From assembly GCA_043765195.1 (NCBI GenBank), contig JAYUJN010000040.1, forward strand, positions 22,734-86,733: a stretch of 64,000 nucleotides of DNA, read 5' to 3'. This document shows, in pieces, positions 46,797-56,325 of this stretch (positions within the stretch are counted from its first letter, which is position 1; each line of letters opens with the position of its first letter). Under the pieces are notes generated by a model. That model made no database searches. It saw only the letters and a program-made list of their open reading frames with translations, and was not told where the DNA came from. The translations under genes were made by a program, and so were the position numbers. Source of the stretch: Bacteroidota bacterium. Lineage in GTDB: Bacteria; Bacteroidota; Bacteroidia; UBA7662; JAYUJN01.

Positions 46797-49700
46797 ATGA
46801 TTAAATACTACAAAACCCTACTCATTATTGCCTCTGTTTTGGCTGCTACGGCTGCCAATGCGCAATTCAACCCCGCCCTCATCGACACCGTTTACTACGA
46901 AAACTTTGAGGCTGCCACCACCCAAACAAGTACATCTGGCGCACCCGCTTGGGTTGTGGACAATATTTACTCCAAATCGGGCTTGAAATCCTACAAAGGT
47001 AAGGCGCAGCAAACCTCTGTGAGTTATTTGGAAACAAATGCCTTTTCTACGGTAAACAAGTTCCAAGTTTGGCTGGATTTTGAACACATCAGCAAAATTT
47101 TGTTTTCGAACGGAGGAACGTTAGAAATTTCGGGCGACAACGGTGCTACCTGGACGCAAGTGAGCGTGGGTACTACTGGAAACACAAAATACCTAAACGC
47201 TGGTGCGCCAGGCGTGGGTAGCGCCACTGGTTTTAGTGGTGTGGCTACCAACGAGTTCAGCGAATCGGCGTACAGCGCATGGTTGGCTGGCAACCCGAGC
47301 AGCCCCACCAATGCGTGGTGGAAGCACGAGCGCTTCGATATTTCGACGCTGGCGGGCAACAAAGCCGCCGTAAAAATCCGCTTTAAATTAGACGACAAAG
47401 GCTCAGGACCGGGTCCGGGCGCAGGTCGCTACGGCTGGTTGGTAGATGACATTCGCATTACACGTGCGCCCTCGGAGCTAGACCCACCCGTGATTACGCT
47501 CACCGCACCGCTTTTAACTGGTTTGCAATTCAGCGCAGGTCCTTTTACAATAAAAGCCTCCATACAAGATGCCTCGAGCGTGCGCAACGCCTGGGTAATG
47601 TTTACAAAAACAGGCAGCCCCGCCCTGGACTCCGTACTAATGACCCGCACAGGGCGCACTGGCTTAAACTATTTGTACGAAGGCATACTACAAAACCCAA
47701 AAATCATAGACGGCGACGAACTTTGCTATTTCGTAAAAGCGGTGGATAGCTCCATTAGTTTTAACGTAGGGCGTGGACCGCTGGCTACGGCGGCAGTAAC
47801 CTGCAATACCTTTAAGGCAAGCGGCGCACCCACCATTACGCAAGTTACACAACTTACTGGCAACCAGTTTTTTACTGGACCATTTGCCATTTCTGCCAAC
47901 ATTGTAGATGCCTCGGGCATAGCCAACGCCAGCGTTAAATTTACGATAAACGGCGGTGCTTTGCAAAGCGCAGCCATGTCGCCTATTTTTGCAGGGAGCA
48001 ATGTTTTTCAGGGCAATATGCCCATATTTAGCATGGGCGATGTGGTGTGTTACTACATAGAAGCCGCCGATGCCTCCGTGCGCAACAACTTGGCTCGTAG
48101 CCCGCTTGCCACCGCCAACCCAAGCTGCATTACGTTTACGGTAGTAGGCGGCGGGCAGCTCATACCTTATACAGATACCTTCGATGGTGCGAACAACTGG
48201 GTAGCCAGCCCCGCCACAGGCGGCTGGGAACTGGGTACGCCCACCAAAACGTTTTTAAACAACACACGCAGCGGCGCAAATGCGTGGACCACAAGGCTAA
48301 CTGGAAACTACGTAGCCTCCGCCACCAATACGCTCACTTCGCCCGTTTTCTTTTTTAATGGCAACCACAACGCCACATTTGTTTTTTGGCAAAAAAGGAA
48401 AATAGACCCAGGCACAGCAGTGCCTACCTCGCTCACCAGCAACGGCGATGCGTTTTACATAGAATACACCCAAGACGTAAACAACGCCAACCCAGCATGG
48501 GCAACGCTCGGCACAGGCACAGCCACCGACCAGTTTGCACAGCTAAACTGGTACAACCGCAGCAACATATCGGCACCCATAAACAAACCAGGCTGGAACG
48601 CCCAAACCACAGGCTGGCAACGCTGCGAATACAAACTTACGGCACTAAACAATGTGGGCAACATCAAGTTCAGGTTTGTATTTAGGTCGAACACCACGGG
48701 GCAAGACGAGGGCGTTTCGATAGACGACTTAGCCATAAACCTACCTTTTGCAAACGATGCGGGCGCAACCCAAATTATAAGTGCCAGAGACGAAGTAGTG
48801 GCTGGCGACTCGATAGGCGTTTCCATCAAGTTCAAAAACTTTGGGGCTACACCCATAGCCACTGTGCCTGTAAAATACCTCATAAATGGCAACATCACGC
48901 AGAGCTTCAACGCCACGGTAAACCTTACCCCAGGCGCAAATATAACGCTTACTGCGGCGCAACTACCCAAGTTTTTAGCACCTGCGTACAATTTTAGCTT
49001 TTGTGCCGTAACAGCACTTGGCGGCGATGGCGATGCCCTAAACGACACGGCTTGCTTCAACTTTTATGGCGTGCCTACCATTGCGCCTACATTCAGCGAC
49101 AACTTTGATGTAGCCCAACCCAACAACCCGTGGAGGCTAACCGCAGCAACAAACAATGTAATAGATTGGCAAAAAGGCGCACCGACAAAAACCGTGATTA
49201 ATGCGGCAGCATCGGCACCAAATGCCTACGTTACCAAGCTTGCGGGCAACTACACGGCAAACAACATTTCTTGGCTTACCACGCCACTGATAGATTTTTC
49301 GGGTAAGGTAAACTGCTACCTTTCCTTCAAACAACTGCGCCGTTTAGCCAACGGCTCGGTAGCCAGAATACAATACTCGGTGGACAACGGTGCTACGTGG
49401 CTACCACTTTCGGGCGGTACAAACGGATTTAACTGGTTCAACAGCGGCAACGGATTTAGCGGAAACTCGGCTGGAACTGGCTACATAATGAGCGAGTTTT
49501 ACCTAAATCAGTTTGACAACAACACCGCCAAGGTGAAATTTAGGGTAGAAATGAGCGCAAGCTCGGCAGTAGGCGAAGGAATAGCGATAGACGATTTTAA
49601 AATAAAACTACCCGAACCCTACGACGTGGGCGTAACCGCAATAGATACACCACTGAGCAACCCGCCGCTACCCGCTGTGGTGCAAGTAAGGGTAAAAGTG

Positions 49701-52118
49701 AAAAACTTCGGTGGCACTACCGTAACTTCTATACCACTCGCCTACTCATTCAACGGCAACGAGCAACCAGCATCTAACTTTGTGTGGACTGGCAGCCTTG
49801 CACCAGGCGCAACTACGGTGATAAATATGCCCACCTACCCATCGGTAATTGTGGGGCAATACAACCTGCGTGTATATACAAAAGGCAGCACCGACGGCAG
49901 GCTCTACAACGATACGCTGGGCAGAACGGTAACTGGGCTATCCAGGTTCGAAGCGAAAGTAAGCAAAATAAGCAACCCATTTGCGACCAAATGCTACCCC
50001 GCTGGCTTGGACAACCCCATACGATTTGAGCTAAGAAACGCTGGTCATACCGCCATCAACACCTTTACGGCTAATTATAAATTAGACAACGGTGCGCTGG
50101 TTACACAAGTATTTTCGGGCGTGAACATACCACGTGACTCCACGAGGGCATTTACATTTACGACCAAAGCCGATATTTCTTTGGGCGCACACAGCCTAAA
50201 AATACACATCAATAGAATTGCGCCTTGGGATACCATACAAGTAAACAGCGATACGCTAAAAGTGGCATTTATAGCCATACAGCCTTTGCCGCTAAACTAC
50301 GAAAACAATTTTGATAGAACCTGCGCCAACAACCAACTGTACAGCGTGTTGTGTACCGAACTTGCGCCCGCTTCGCTTATTAATTGTGAACTACTGGCAA
50401 ACAACAACGGTTTGATACCTGGCTACGGCTTTGAAATGGGCGTAACAGGCGGCGGCGTTTGGAATGCCGCTACCATAAACAACATTTGGAATCCGACTGT
50501 AAACCCCGACTTTTTGGGTAGGGCAACGCTTACTTTTAGAAGCACCTACCAAGAAAACCTGCACATTCAGTTTGATTTGGCGCAGTTAGCTGTGGGCGGC
50601 AACAACTCTTATTTTAGGGTTTTGTGCAATGGCGTGCCAGTACCCGATACGATGTTTAACACCGTTTCGAGGCAGGGCGATTTGGCAAACAGTGGTGTTT
50701 TTCAGGCATTGAACTACGACCTAAGCAACTACTACGCACCTGGCGACCCCATTATTATAGAGCTGCAATCTAAGTGCGAAAACCGCTCGTTTGGTGGTGG
50801 CACGGCGGCAAGCAACGGCAATTTCATAGACAATGTGCTGGTTTACAACCAAATACCAATTACGGTTTCACCCATTGACATTCAAACAAATCCACCGCTA
50901 TTGCTACCTACCCTGCCTATAACCGTAAAAACGGTGATAAAAAACACGGGTGCTACCAAGCTGAATACCATTAGGGCATCGCTCTATTTGAACGGAACTG
51001 TGGTGCAAGCCAACCAGTTGGTTTCGCCGCTGAATAACCTGGCTTTCAACAGAACTACCTCGTTTAACTTTACGAACACCATAAGTCCAGTGGCGGGCGT
51101 AAATGAGGTTTGCGTAATTACTTCGTTGCCAAACAACCAAAACGATATGTTTGTGGACGACGATACGACCTGCAGCACCATTGTGGCGTTTGACCAAAAA
51201 GCACAGTTTCCGTATTGCAATAATTTTGATGCCAACGACCCACTTTGGGTAACGCTTAACTCAAAAACCTACAAAAACAAAGGAAATATTTGGCAATTGG
51301 GTGCGCCCAACAAGCCATTTATAAACGGTGCTTTTAGCGGCACACGTAGCTGGGCTACCGACTTAGATAGCCTATACAGCGATACGTTGCAAAGTGCGCT
51401 ATACACGCCCGTTTTTGTGATGCAAGCCAACGATTGCTACCTCATTAAGTTCCAACACAAATACCAAATAGACAGCACTGGCGACGGTGGAACGATAGAA
51501 TATACCATAGACAATGGCGTAACGTGGCACACCATAGGCAATGTGGGCGATGCCGACTGGTACAACCAAGGCAATATTTCTACGCTGATAGTACCCGCAG
51601 TAGGTACGCAAGAGCGCATAAGGGGCAAGGGCTGGACGGGCAACTCGAACGGCTGGGTGCCAGCACGCAGGGATTTTAAACTGCCGACCACGGTTACAGG
51701 GCTGCAAAATGTGATATTCAGGTTTAGGTTTGCGAGCGACTTTACGAGCAATCCGCTTGCCATAAACAGAGAAGGCTGGGCAGTAGATGACTTTTGCGTA
51801 GAGCCGTTTATCGGCAACTGTAAGCCACTTGCCACCGACGACGAAAACATGGATTTGGGCTTGGAGCTAAATGCGGCTTACCCCAACCCTACCAGCGAGT
51901 GGTGCAAAATAAACTATGTACTACCCACCGCAGGCAAAGTAAGCCTGAGCCTAAAAGATGTTTTGGGTAAAACGATTCAGAACCATGCGTTTGGCAAGCA
52001 AGATGCGGGCAACCACAATTTCAATTTGGATTTGAGCAACTTAGAGTCTGGTATTTATTTTTATACCGTGGATTTTGAAGGTATGCAGCTAACCCAAAAA
52101 ATTACCTTGATTAAATAA
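46797..52118 (+). CDS. large T9SS-secreted multi-domain surface protein (1773 aa)
   Basis: Signal peptide and at least four repeated beta-sandwich modules, each ending in a G(W/V/I)x(V/I)DD(I/L/F)x(I/V) motif. These are MAM/CARDB-like. The C-terminal 80 aa form a T9SS sorting domain (LNAAYPNPTSEWCKINYVLP...GIYFYTV). Confidence 0.7.
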   Translation: MIKYYKTLLIIASVLAATAANAQFNPALIDTVYYENFEAATTQTSTSGAPAWVVDNIYSKSGLKSYKGKAQQTSVSYLETNAFSTVNKFQVWLDFEHISKILFSNGGTLEISGDNGATWTQVSVGTTGNTKYLNAGAPGVGSATGFSGVATNEFSESAYSAWLAGNPSSPTNAWWKHERFDISTLAGNKAAVKIRFKLDDKGSGPGPGAGRYGWLVDDIRITRAPSELDPPVITLTAPLLTGLQFSAGPFTIKASIQDASSVRNAWVMFTKTGSPALDSVLMTRTGRTGLNYLYEGILQNPKIIDGDELCYFVKAVDSSISFNVGRGPLATAAVTCNTFKASGAPTITQVTQLTGNQFFTGPFAISANIVDASGIANASVKFTINGGALQSAAMSPIFAGSNVFQGNMPIFSMGDVVCYYIEAADASVRNNLARSPLATANPSCITFTVVGGGQLIPYTDTFDGANNWVASPATGGWELGTPTKTFLNNTRSGANAWTTRLTGNYVASATNTLTSPVFFFNGNHNATFVFWQKRKIDPGTAVPTSLTSNGDAFYIEYTQDVNNANPAWATLGTGTATDQFAQLNWYNRSNISAPINKPGWNAQTTGWQRCEYKLTALNNVGNIKFRFVFRSNTTGQDEGVSIDDLAINLPFANDAGATQIISARDEVVAGDSIGVSIKFKNFGATPIATVPVKYLINGNITQSFNATVNLTPGANITLTAAQLPKFLAPAYNFSFCAVTALGGDGDALNDTACFNFYGVPTIAPTFSDNFDVAQPNNPWRLTAATNNVIDWQKGAPTKTVINAAASAPNAYVTKLAGNYTANNISWLTTPLIDFSGKVNCYLSFKQLRRLANGSVARIQYSVDNGATWLPLSGGTNGFNWFNSGNGFSGNSAGTGYIMSEFYLNQFDNNTAKVKFRVEMSASSAVGEGIAIDDFKIKLPEPYDVGVTAIDTPLSNPPLPAVVQVRVKVKNFGGTTVTSIPLAYSFNGNEQPASNFVWTGSLAPGATTVINMPTYPSVIVGQYNLRVYTKGSTDGRLYNDTLGRTVTGLSRFEAKVSKISNPFATKCYPAGLDNPIRFELRNAGHTAINTFTANYKLDNGALVTQVFSGVNIPRDSTRAFTFTTKADISLGAHSLKIHINRIAPWDTIQVNSDTLKVAFIAIQPLPLNYENNFDRTCANNQLYSVLCTELAPASLINCELLANNNGLIPGYGFEMGVTGGGVWNAATINNIWNPTVNPDFLGRATLTFRSTYQENLHIQFDLAQLAVGGNNSYFRVLCNGVPVPDTMFNTVSRQGDLANSGVFQALNYDLSNYYAPGDPIIIELQSKCENRSFGGGTAASNGNFIDNVLVYNQIPITVSPIDIQTNPPLLLPTLPITVKTVIKNTGATKLNTIRASLYLNGTVVQANQLVSPLNNLAFNRTTSFNFTNTISPVAGVNEVCVITSLPNNQNDMFVDDDTTCSTIVAFDQKAQFPYCNNFDANDPLWVTLNSKTYKNKGNIWQLGAPNKPFINGAFSGTRSWATDLDSLYSDTLQSALYTPVFVMQANDCYLIKFQHKYQIDSTGDGGTIEYTIDNGVTWHTIGNVGDADWYNQGNISTLIVPAVGTQERIRGKGWTGNSNGWVPARRDFKLPTTVTGLQNVIFRFRFASDFTSNPLAINREGWAVDDFCVEPFIGNCKPLATDDENMDLGLELNAAYPNPTSEWCKINYVLPTAGKVSLSLKDVLGKTIQNHAFGKQDAGNHNFNLDLSNLESGIYFYTVDFEGMQLTQKITLIK

Positions 52119-52145
52119 CATCGAGCCATAGCAACAAAGAAAAAA

Positions 52146-52168
52146 CCTGCGGTTACGCAGGTTTTTTT
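52146..52168 (+). terminator. rho-independent terminator
   Basis: Hairpin cctgcg-gtta-cgcagg followed by T7, 28 nt after the stop. Confidence 0.7.
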
Positions 52169-52277
52169 ATGCCTTTTATCACATTAATTTTATTCATATT
52201 CAATGTTATGCGCTATATTTGTAGGCAGAACACCAAAGAACCTAATCCAACCCTTCATATTAAAATCCGTTGCTATA

Positions 52278-54437
52278 ATGCAAAAAAAACTATTTACGAC
52301 GACCATTTATTTACTGATAGCCTGCACCTTGGGTTATGCCCAAAAACCCACCCAAAAACTCACCATAGAACAAGCAGTACTCAATACTGGGCTGACTGCT
52401 CAAAACATAAAACAACTAAAATGGCGGGGAAAAACCGATATTTATACCTACGTTGATACTTTAAATGGAAACGATGCGCTGTTTGGGGTAAGTTTGCCCA
52501 AATTCGAAAAAAGCACGCTCCTTACCCTAAACGACCTAAATGCTTCGCTGAAACAAATTGAAATTGCGGCGCAAAAACGTATGCCTGCGCTCACGTGGGT
52601 TACGGACAATGTGATGCGTTTTGAGGCGGAAGACCACCTTTTCACGTTTGACATCACAAAAAAATCGTTTGAAACCGTGCTGGCGATACCCGAAAATAGC
52701 GCCAACCACGAGTATAGCGGCGGTGCTATAACCAAAATTGCTTATACCAACGACAATAATTTTGGGATTAAGGCAAGCGAGCAAAGCGAGCGCATGGTGA
52801 GCAACGAACCCAACCCAAACATTGTGTATGGAAAAAGCGTGCATAGGCAGGAGTTCGGCATAGATAAAGGGCTTTTTTGGAGCAACAACGGCACGCAAAT
52901 TGCTTTTTATAAAATGAACGAGGACATGGTTACAAATTACCCAATAGTGAATATAACCAGCACGCCAGCGCAAGAAAATGCCATAAAATACCCGATGGCG
53001 GGCGGCAAAAGCCACGAGGTAACCTTGGGCATTTATAATTTTGAGAGCAACAACATCAGGTACTTAAAAATAGACGGCGACCCCGAGCATTATGTAACCA
53101 ACATTACGTGGGGAAAAAACGATAAATTTATTTATGTAGTGGTGGTAAATCGGGCGCAAAACCACCTGTGGCTGCACGAATTTGATGCCTATACTGGCGA
53201 GCAAACCAAAACGATACTCGAGGAAGTAAACGAAAAATACGTAGAACCCGAGCATGGTTTGTATTTTTTGCCCAATGCCGACAATGAGTTTTTGTGGTTT
53301 AGCGAGCGTGATGGCTACAACCATTTGTACCACTACAACACCAACGGCAAAATGCTTGGGCAGCTTACGCAAGGAAATTTTGTGGTGAGCAACTTTTTGG
53401 GCTTTGACGACAAGGGTACAACGGCTTACTATTTGGCAAACAAAGAAAATTTTATGCAGCAGCACGCATACAGCGTTCAGTTTAAAACGAAAAAAACCAC
53501 CTTGCTTACGCCCAACGAAGGCACGCACAACGCACAAATAAGCCACAACGGAAAGTATGTTTTGGATAGCTACACCGCCAATTATACGCCACGGGTAATA
53601 AACATTTGTAATGCCAAGGGTGAAATTGTAAAAAACTTGCTCACCGCCGAAAACCCACTAAAAAATTATGAGTTGGGCGAAATGCGCCCCGTAACCCTAA
53701 AAACCAAAGACGGAACGCCGCTTTATGGAAAGCTAATGCTGCCCTACAACTTTGATTCCACCAAAAAATATCCAGTAGTTGTGTATTTATATGGCGGTCC
53801 GCACCTGCAATTGGTTACCAACAGGTTTCCTGCATCGGGCAATTTATGGTACAATTACATGAATCAAAAAGGATACATTGTTTTTACGATGGACAACAGG
53901 GGCAGCGAAAACAGGGGTTTGGCGTTTGAGCAGGCTACGTTTCGCCAGCTTGGCAATGTAGAAATGCAAGACCAACTACTGGGCGTGGAGTACCTAAAAA
54001 GCCTCAATTTTGTGGACAGTAGCCGCTTGGGCGTGCATGGTTGGAGTTTTGGTGGGTTTATGGCTACGAGTTTGGCTACCCGCTACCCAAGTGTGTTTAA
54101 GGTGGCGGTGGCTGGCGGTCCGGTGATAGACTGGAAACTCTACGAAATTATGTACACCGAGCGGTACATGGACACCCCAAAAGAAAACCCCGAGGGCTAC
54201 AACCAAGCGAATTTACTCAATTATACGGCAGATTTGAAGGCAAAATTGCTCATGATACACGGCACCATAGACGATGTGGTGGTGTGGCAGCACAGCCTAA
54301 GTTTTGTAAAAAAATGCGTGGAAGACGGCGTTTTGCTGGATTATTTTGTGTACCCCGAACACCCGCACAACGTGCGAGGCAAGGATAGAGTACACCTGAT
54401 GCGCAAAATCACGGCTTATTTTGAAGACAATTTATAA
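52278..54437 (+). CDS. S9B family dipeptidyl-peptidase IV
   Basis: Signal peptide, an N-terminal beta-propeller region and a C-terminal alpha/beta hydrolase with the catalytic triad motifs GWSFGG...D...H (HGTIDDVVVWQHS). The start was reassigned to MQKKLF. Confidence 0.85.
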   Translation: MQKKLFTTTIYLLIACTLGYAQKPTQKLTIEQAVLNTGLTAQNIKQLKWRGKTDIYTYVDTLNGNDALFGVSLPKFEKSTLLTLNDLNASLKQIEIAAQKRMPALTWVTDNVMRFEAEDHLFTFDITKKSFETVLAIPENSANHEYSGGAITKIAYTNDNNFGIKASEQSERMVSNEPNPNIVYGKSVHRQEFGIDKGLFWSNNGTQIAFYKMNEDMVTNYPIVNITSTPAQENAIKYPMAGGKSHEVTLGIYNFESNNIRYLKIDGDPEHYVTNITWGKNDKFIYVVVVNRAQNHLWLHEFDAYTGEQTKTILEEVNEKYVEPEHGLYFLPNADNEFLWFSERDGYNHLYHYNTNGKMLGQLTQGNFVVSNFLGFDDKGTTAYYLANKENFMQQHAYSVQFKTKKTTLLTPNEGTHNAQISHNGKYVLDSYTANYTPRVINICNAKGEIVKNLLTAENPLKNYELGEMRPVTLKTKDGTPLYGKLMLPYNFDSTKKYPVVVYLYGGPHLQLVTNRFPASGNLWYNYMNQKGYIVFTMDNRGSENRGLAFEQATFRQLGNVEMQDQLLGVEYLKSLNFVDSSRLGVHGWSFGGFMATSLATRYPSVFKVAVAGGPVIDWKLYEIMYTERYMDTPKENPEGYNQANLLNYTADLKAKLLMIHGTIDDVVVWQHSLSFVKKCVEDGVLLDYFVYPEHPHNVRGKDRVHLMRKITAYFEDNL

Positions 54438-54443
54438 TTGTCT

Positions 54444-56138
54444 TCAAAATTTGTAGGTAACGCCGACCAGCGCACTGATACCAAAAGTGGGGTAATTGTA
54501 AAGCCTAAAATAATTGCTGGCGGCGAGGTTGTTGAAATTTGCGAAGAAAGTAAGGTCGTTTTTGAGCCTGTATTCCGCCGTCAAATTTAAGTCCACAACG
54601 CCTTTTAGGGTGTTGGTGCTGCCTGTTTTACTCAAATATTTTATGCCGCTATACCCAAAAATTTCGGCACCAAAGTATAGTTTTTGGTCATAGTTGTACC
54701 TAACACTGAGGTTACTGCTAAGGTTTGGCTGCATATAAGGCTGGCGCAGGGTGCTATCCAGCTTGAATATTTTGTAACCGCCTATCAAAATTATTTCTAA
54801 GTTTGCATTTGGGTTGTACTGGGTCTCGAAGGCAATTTCTGTGATTGTACCAGAGTTTGCGTACACAGGGTTGAGCTTGCGAAAATCGGTGGTATCGTTT
54901 TGGTAAAACAGTAGGTTTCGGGCTTCTTTTACGCCAATTTGCGCTTTGTAGCCAATGTTTTCTATGATTTTGCCATTGATGCCTCCAAAAATATGGGTTT
55001 TTATGAGCGTATTTTTAATGTCTAAATTGTTTTGTAGAAACGGATTGCGCCTCGTTAGGTTGTCAAAAGTGTTTTGCACAAACCCGCCATCTATGCCCAC
55101 AAAAGCGGTTAAGCCCTGCTCTGGCACGACGTTAAAACCGATTTTTGCGAATGGAAACACATGAAACGAGCTGCTATCTGTAACAAATAGCGCATTTTTT
55201 TGGAGCTTTTGGTAGGTTGTATTGATGCCCACTTCAAAACCAAAACGCTCTTTTTGCATACCAAATTTTGGGCTTAAAACGAACAATGAGGTATTGTTTT
55301 GGGCGGATATAAAGCCAGTATTGGGTTTGTATTTTCGGTAATCGTATATAATGGGTATGGTTATGTGGCTTTCGCCAAAGCCTGCGAACAAGTTGGCGGC
55401 GATGTTAAAATTTTGCTCCGATTCCTGATATTTGTTTGTGGTAAGGTGGTAGCTCGGGGTAAGGGTGTAGCTCGGCACGCCTTTTTTGGTGGGCGTACCC
55501 TGGAGTTTGGCAAAAACGCCGACCCTATTGAGGGTTTGGGTGGATTGTTCGGTGGTAAAATTGGTGTCTAAGGGGTTGTAACCATAAAAATTTCGGTTGT
55601 TGCGCTCGTAGTTTACGCCCGCCCCTACGCTCATTTGTTTGAAAATACGCTTGCCGCTCAACCCCAATTTGTTGTCGCTGTACGCCATATTTTTATAGCT
55701 TTGGTCGGTTTGAACATTTTTTTCTATTGTGCCTCGAGAAGAAATATGGTGCGCATTTGCCTCCAATTCGTACTTAGAATTTCTACCAGTTTGGTAATGC
55801 GCATCAAAAAGAGGCGTGAGGTAGTTGCCAAAACCAGCCCTAATAAAAACATTTTTCAGCGGATTGGGCGTTTCCGATTTGGGTTTCATTGCCTGAATTG
55901 GCTCCACGGTAAAATCGGTGTTTATGCTGCGGGTTACGGCGGCGTAGTTCATTTTGGGTCGGTCGTCGTTGGTGGCATCGGGCGCAGCTTGCGGGTTGGT
56001 GGGTATTTTTAGGCTCTCTATGAGCTTGGGCTGATATGTTTTTACCACTTTTATGGGGTCGCTGGTAAAATCACGCTGGGCGTGGGCTACGGTGGCGTAC
56101 ACGAGCAGACAAGAGAGTAAAATGGATTTTTTGTTCAT
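54444..56138 (-). CDS. outer-membrane beta-barrel protein, possibly a PorP/SprF-like T9SS cargo partner
   Basis: Signal peptide (LLVYATVAHAQ), amphipathic beta-strand periodicity throughout and a C-terminal aromatic residue (GVTYKF). It is encoded immediately downstream of the giant T9SS adhesin on the same strand. Confidence 0.45.
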   Translation of the reverse strand: MNKKSILLSCLLVYATVAHAQRDFTSDPIKVVKTYQPKLIESLKIPTNPQAAPDATNDDRPKMNYAAVTRSINTDFTVEPIQAMKPKSETPNPLKNVFIRAGFGNYLTPLFDAHYQTGRNSKYELEANAHHISSRGTIEKNVQTDQSYKNMAYSDNKLGLSGKRIFKQMSVGAGVNYERNNRNFYGYNPLDTNFTTEQSTQTLNRVGVFAKLQGTPTKKGVPSYTLTPSYHLTTNKYQESEQNFNIAANLFAGFGESHITIPIIYDYRKYKPNTGFISAQNNTSLFVLSPKFGMQKERFGFEVGINTTYQKLQKNALFVTDSSSFHVFPFAKIGFNVVPEQGLTAFVGIDGGFVQNTFDNLTRRNPFLQNNLDIKNTLIKTHIFGGINGKIIENIGYKAQIGVKEARNLLFYQNDTTDFRKLNPVYANSGTITEIAFETQYNPNANLEIILIGGYKIFKLDSTLRQPYMQPNLSSNLSVRYNYDQKLYFGAEIFGYSGIKYLSKTGSTNTLKGVVDLNLTAEYRLKNDLTFFANFNNLAASNYFRLYNYPTFGISALVGVTYKF

Positions 56139-56254
56139 TTTTATGGTCTTAGGTTCTGTATAAAACGTTTTGTGCGGTTAATTATTTTATGCAATTTTAC
56201 GGCTTTTTATCTGTACTTTTTACACAAATCGCCCACAAAAAAGCACACAACACC

Positions 56255-56300
56255 ACCCACAAAAAAGCCCACGGCGAACCCGATAGGGTTCGCCGTGGGC
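56255..56300 (-). terminator. rho-independent terminator (minus strand)
   Basis: 15-bp stem gcccacggcgaaccc-gata-gggttcgccgtgggc. On the minus strand it is followed by a T-rich run. Lies 26 nt downstream of the adhesin stop. Confidence 0.6.
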
Positions 56301-56325
56301 TACACTTAATTTGAATACTCTATAA

